From Antedon mediterranea (taxonomy: Eukaryota; Animalia; Echinodermata), in contig NC_092670.1 of NCBI RefSeq assembly GCF_964355755.1, forward strand, positions 8,670,201 through 8,734,200: a stretch of 64,000 nucleotides of DNA, read 5' to 3'. Of the stretch, positions 58,839 through 64,000 are shown one piece after another (position 1 is the first letter of the stretch; each line of letters starts with the position of its first letter). Under the pieces are notes generated by a model. The model made no database searches. It saw nothing but the letters and a program-made list of their open reading frames with translations, and was not told the origin of the DNA. Made by a program: the position numbers and the translations under genes.

Positions 58839-61800
58839 GGGTGTCACGAAAGCTCAGACCACGAAAGCTCAGACCCCCTAAGACCTAAGATCACGAAAGC
58901 TAAGACCCAACACCTAAGATTACAAATACTAAGATATACTACAGATTAAAAACAATACTTGTTAATCCATACATAATTTTAAACACAGTAGGTTTCATTT
59001 ATTACCATAAATATAATTTAATACTACCGCAAAACATAGATAAACTCACATTATTTTCGCCCGTTGAGTAAATGTATATTTTTTCTTTACAACAAACAAA
59101 CTTGACGGGTTGTTTGTTGGTATATATTTACTCCATTGTGTTGGTTCAGAGGATGTTTTTCTTACGCACCTGCCTTTCTTGTATTTTGACTCCAAATTTG
59201 TTGACTAACTTTATCCTGAACACCACACTTTAAAATTAGGACTTATAAGTACTTTCAGAAGGAGAAACACATAATAACAAATAAATAAATCCTTTAAATT
59301 GATGATTTTACATATGTGTTTCTTTGTATACTGTAATGTAACTCCTCGAGCTCCCACCATGCTCAAGGAAGGATCTAAATCTCCCTACTCCAATCCAGGA
59401 GTTCTTCTACGCATGTGTAGATATCTACTACGTCATCATATATATATCGTATTTTACTTGCGGTCCGGCCATATGTAGTATTTACTCGCACTTCGCTATT
59501 TTATACCGTATTACTTATATACTGTATATATATCGCTTTCCCAGACCATCCTCCTCAGCTATATAGGCTAATACACATGAAATTATGAAATTACATGACA
59601 TTTATTATTTGTCATCCTTCAAGGCAGGTATTGTATGATTCCACTGTACATATTCGTATACCTGCCCTGACGTATGACAAATAAGAAATTTATTATTTGT
59701 CATCCTTCAGGGCAGGTATTGTATGATTCCACTGTACATATTCGTATACCTGCCCTGACGTATGACAAATAAGAAATTTATTATTTGTCATCCTTCAGGG
59801 CAGGTATTGTATGATTCCACTGTACATATTCGTATACCTGCCCTGACGTATGACAAATAAGAAATTTATTATTTGTCAGCCGTCAGGGCAGGTATTGTAT
59901 GATTCCACTGTACATAGCCGTATACCTGCCCTGACGTATGACAAATAAGAAATTTATTATTTGTCATCCTCCAGGGCAGGTATTGTATGATTCCACTGTA
60001 CATATTCGTATACCTGCCCTGACGTATGACAAATAAGAAATTTATTATTTGTCAGCCGTCAGGGCAGGTATTGTATGATTCCACTGTACATAGCCGTATA
60101 CCTGCCCTGACGTATGACAAATAAGACATTTATTATTTGTCATCCTTCAGGGCAGGTATTGTATGATTCCACTGTACATATTCGTATACCTGCCCTGACG
60201 TATGACAAATAAGACATTTATTATTTGTCAGCCGTCAGGGCAGGTATTGTATGATTCCACTGTACATAGCCGTATACCTGCCCTGACGTATGACAAATAA
60301 GACATTTATTATTTGTCATCCTTCAGGGCAGGTATTGTATGATTCCACGGTACATAGCCGTATACCTGCCCTGACGTATGACAAATAAGAAATTTATTAT
60401 TTGTCATCCTTCAGGGCAGGTATTGTATGATTCCACTGTACATATTCGTATACCTGCCCTGACGTATGACAAATAAGAAATTTATTATTTGTCATCCTTC
60501 AGGGCAGGTATTGTATGATTCCACTGTACATATTCGTATACCTGCCCTGACGTATGACAAATAAGAAATTTATTATTTGTCATCCTTCAGGGCAGGTATT
60601 GTATGATTCCACTGTACATATTCGTATACCTGCCCTGACGTATGACAAATAAGAAATTTATTATTTGTCATCCTTCAGGGCAGGTATTGTGTGATTCCAC
60701 TGTACATATTCGTATACCTGCCCTGACGTATGACAAATAAGACATTTATTATTTGTCAGCCGTCAGGGCAGGTATTGTATGATTCCACTGTACATAGCCG
60801 TATACCTGCCCTGACGTATGACAAATAAGACATTTATTATTTGTCATCCTTCAGGGCAGGTATTGTATGATTTCACTGTACATATTCGTATACCTGCCCT
60901 GACGTATGACAAATAAGAAATTTATTATTTGTCAGCCGTCAGGGCAGGTATTGTATGATTCCACTGTACATAGTCGTATACCTGCCCTGACGTATGACAA
61001 ATAAGAAATTTATTATTTGTCATCCTTCAGGGCAGGTATTGTATGATTCCACTGTACATATTCGTATACCTGCCCTGACGTATGACAAATAAGACATTTA
61101 TTATTTGTCATCCTTCAGGGCAGGTATTGTATGATTCCACTGTACATATTCGTATACCTGCCCTGACGTATGACAAATAAGAAATTTATTATTTGTCAGC
61201 CGTCAGGGCAGGTATTGTATGATTCCACTGTACATAGCCGTATACCTGCCCTGACGTATGACAAATAAGACATTTATTATTTGTCATCCTTCAGGGCAGG
61301 TATTGTATGATTCCACTGTACATATTCGTATACCTGCCCTGACGTATGACAAATAAGAAATTTATTATTTGTCAGCCGTCAGGGCAGGTATACGGCTATG
61401 TACAGTGGAATCATACAATACCTGCCCTGACGGCTGACAAATAATAAATTTCTTATTTGTCATACGTCAGGGCAGGTATACGAATATGTACAGTGGAATC
61501 ATACAATACCTGCCCTGAAGGATGACAAATAATAAGTCTTATTTGTCATACGTCAGGGCAGGTATATAGGCCTACGGCTATGTACAGTGGAATCATACAA
61601 TACCTGCCCTGAAGGATGACAAATAATAAATGTCTTATTTGTCATACGTCAGGGCAGGTATACGGCTATGTACAGTGGAATCATACAATACCTGCCCTGA
61701 AAGATGACAAATAATAAATTTCTTATTTGTCATACGTCAGGGCAGGTATACGAATATGTACAGTGGAATCATACAATAACTGCCCTGAAGGATGACAAAT

Positions 61801-63398
61801 AATAAATTTCTTATTTGTCATACGTCAGGGCAGGTATACGGCTATGTACAGTGGAATCATACAATACCTGCCCTGAAGGATGACAAATAATAAATGTCTT
61901 ATTTGTCATACGTCAGGGCAGGTATACGGCTATGTACAGTGGAATCATACAATACCTGCCCTGACGGCTGACAAATAATAAATGTCTTATTTGTCATATA
62001 GTCAGGGCAGGTATACGAATATGTACAGTGGAATCATACAATACCTGCCCTGAAGGATGACAAATAATAAATTTCTTATTTGTCATACGTCAGGGCAGGT
62101 ATACGGCTATGTACAGTGGAATCATACAATACCTGCCCTGACGGCTGACAAATAATAAATGTCTTATTTGTCATATAGTCAGGGCAGGTATACGAATATG
62201 TACAGTGGAATCATACAATACCTGCCCTGAAGGATGACAAATAATAAATTTCTTATTTGTCATACGTCAGGGCAGGTATACGAATATGTACAGTGGAATC
62301 ATACAATACCTGCCCTGAAGGATGACAAATAATAAATGTCTTATTTGTCATACGTCAGGGCAGGTATACGGCTATGTACAGTGGAATCATACAATACCTG
62401 CCCTGAAGGATGACAAATAATAAAAGTCTTATTTGTCATACGTCAGGGCAGGTATACGGATATGTACAGTGGAATCATACAATACCTGCCCTGAAGGATG
62501 ACAAATAATAAATTTCTTATTTGTCATACGTCAGGGCAGGTATACGGCTACGGCTATGTACAGTGGAATCATACAATACCTGCCCTGAAGGATGACAAAT
62601 AATAAATGTCATGTAATTTCATAATTTCATGTGTATTAGCCTATATAGCTGAGGAGGATGGTCTGGGAAAGCGATATATATACAGTATATAAGTAATACG
62701 GTATAAAATAGCGAAGTGCGAGTAAATACTACATATGGCCGGACCGCAAGTAAAATACGATATATATATGATGACGTAGTAGATATCTACACATGCGTAG
62801 AAGAACTCCTGGATTGGAGTAGGGAGTTAGATCCTTCCCCATGCTCAATGTTTTTGTTTCCATGGAGCGCCAAAAGAGGAACAATAATAGTACAAGCATA
62901 AAAACAGAAAGAAAACGAAACAAAAAAACTTATCATGATTTTTAAATTAAAATTTATTTGCCAGTATTTATTTCTTCGTACTTGCATGATTATACTATTA
63001 TCATTACAATTTTAATTTTACATTGTTCCATCCACACTGTAGATGAACTCCACAGAGTTTTCAGCCCTCTATATAATTTTTGCTCTTTTGACGTTCCATA
63101 GAAACAAAAACATTGAACATGGGGTAGGCCTACTGTAGTACTGTAGGCTAGTCATTTTGTGTGCGAGAAAAACGTCTGTAAAATCATCAATTTAAAAATG
63201 TATTTGTTACTTTTTATGTGATTCTTTTTCATGAAAGTGCCAATTCTAAGGTGTGGTATTCAGAATAAATGTTGGGAGTTAAAATACAAGGCAGGTGCGA
63301 AAGATAAATATTTGTAATCTTAGGTGTTGGGTCTTACCTTTCGTTATCTTAGGTCTTAGGGGGTCTGAGCTTTCGTGGTCTGAGCTTTCGTGACACCC
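58839..63398. mobile_element. 4.56-kb non-autonomous Mutator/Foldback-type element
   Basis: TIRs gggtgtcacgaaagctcagaccacgaaagctcagacccccta and its reverse complement. Exact 10-bp TSD tattgttcag (58829-58838, 63399-63408). Empty site in copy A at 5286-5295. Confidence 0.93.
59598..62612. repeat. 88-bp tandem array in two inverted blocks (~20 units forward, ~14 reverse, switch at ~61390); each unit is itself a hairpin
   Basis: Unit tttattatttgtcatccttcagggcaggtattgtatgattccactgtacatattcgtatacctgccctgacgtatgacaaataagaaa; period 88 (59701, 59789). Confidence 0.95.
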
Positions 63399-64000
63399 TA
63401 TTGTTCAGGTTCACATTGATAGGACCATGGAACTGGGTATTGTGTATTTGATACTATTGTTCAGGTTCACATTGATAGGACCATGGAACTGGGTATTGTG
63501 TATTTGATACTATTGTTCAGGTTCACATTGATAGGACCATGGAACTGGGTATTGTGTATTTGATACTATTGTTCAGGTTCACATTGATAGGACCATGGAA
63601 CTGGGTATTGTGTATTTGATACTATTGTTCAGGTTCACATTGATAGGACCATGGAACTGGGTATTGTGTATTTGATACTATTGTTCAAGTTCACATTGAT
63701 AGGACCATGGAACTGTGTATTGTGTATTTGATACTATTGTTCAAGTTCACATTGATAGGACCATGAAACTGGGTATTGTGTATTTGATACTATTGTTCAG
63801 GTTCACATTGATAGGACCATGGAACTGTGTATTGTGTATTTGATACTATTGTTCAAGTTCACATTGATAGGACCATGGAACTGTGTATTGTGTATTTGAT
63901 ACTATTGTTCAAGTTCACATTGATAGGACCATGAAACTGGGTATTGTGTATTTGATACTATTGTTCAGGTTCACATTGATAGGACCATGGAACTGTGTAT
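63399..64000. repeat. 56-bp minisatellite, at least 10.7 units, runs off the window
   Basis: Unit tattgttcaggttcacattgataggaccatggaactgggtattgtgtatttgatac (63399, 63455...). Single copy in duplicate A (~5258-5311). Confidence 0.95.

Noticed and set aside
59598-62612. CRISPR-like appearance of regularly spaced palindromic repeats
   Set aside because: The intervening loops are near-identical rather than unique spacers, there are no cas genes, the context is eukaryotic, and the array lies inside a TIR element.

Overview
AT-rich, intron-containing animal (metazoan invertebrate) genomic DNA, not prokaryotic. It is plausibly echinoderm, which is an inference from repeat content and protein style. 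The window looks like an innate-immunity locus. (1) Two ~54-kb-spaced, highly similar copies of a minus-strand Mab-21/cGAS-like receptor (cGLR) nucleotidyltransferase gene. Copy 1 (3008-5023) keeps an intact catalytic domain, but a tRNA-SINE has replaced its C-terminus. Copy 2 (56538-58580) is frameshifted twice. A third, older cGLR fragment (~6597-6902) abuts a Sola-like transposon. (2) Between them lies a plus-strand multi-exon gene (17247-52137), reconstructed by hand from splice sites: SAM-like N-terminus, 17 intact one-repeat-per-exon phase-0 ankyrin cassettes of two types plus decayed cassettes, a TRADD-N-like domain, a Pro-rich 24-bp repeat and a C-terminal tandem DED-like region. (3) Many mobile elements: a full-length intact LINE with a 12-bp TSD and a 2A-like NPGP motif, a truncated CR1-type LINE, Harbinger, Kolobok, hAT and Helentron-type non-autonomous elements, 5S/tRNA SINEs, foldback palindromes, and a 4.56-kb MULE/Foldback element with a 10-bp TSD and inverted 88-bp arrays. 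All domain calls are by motif recognition only; no searches were run.
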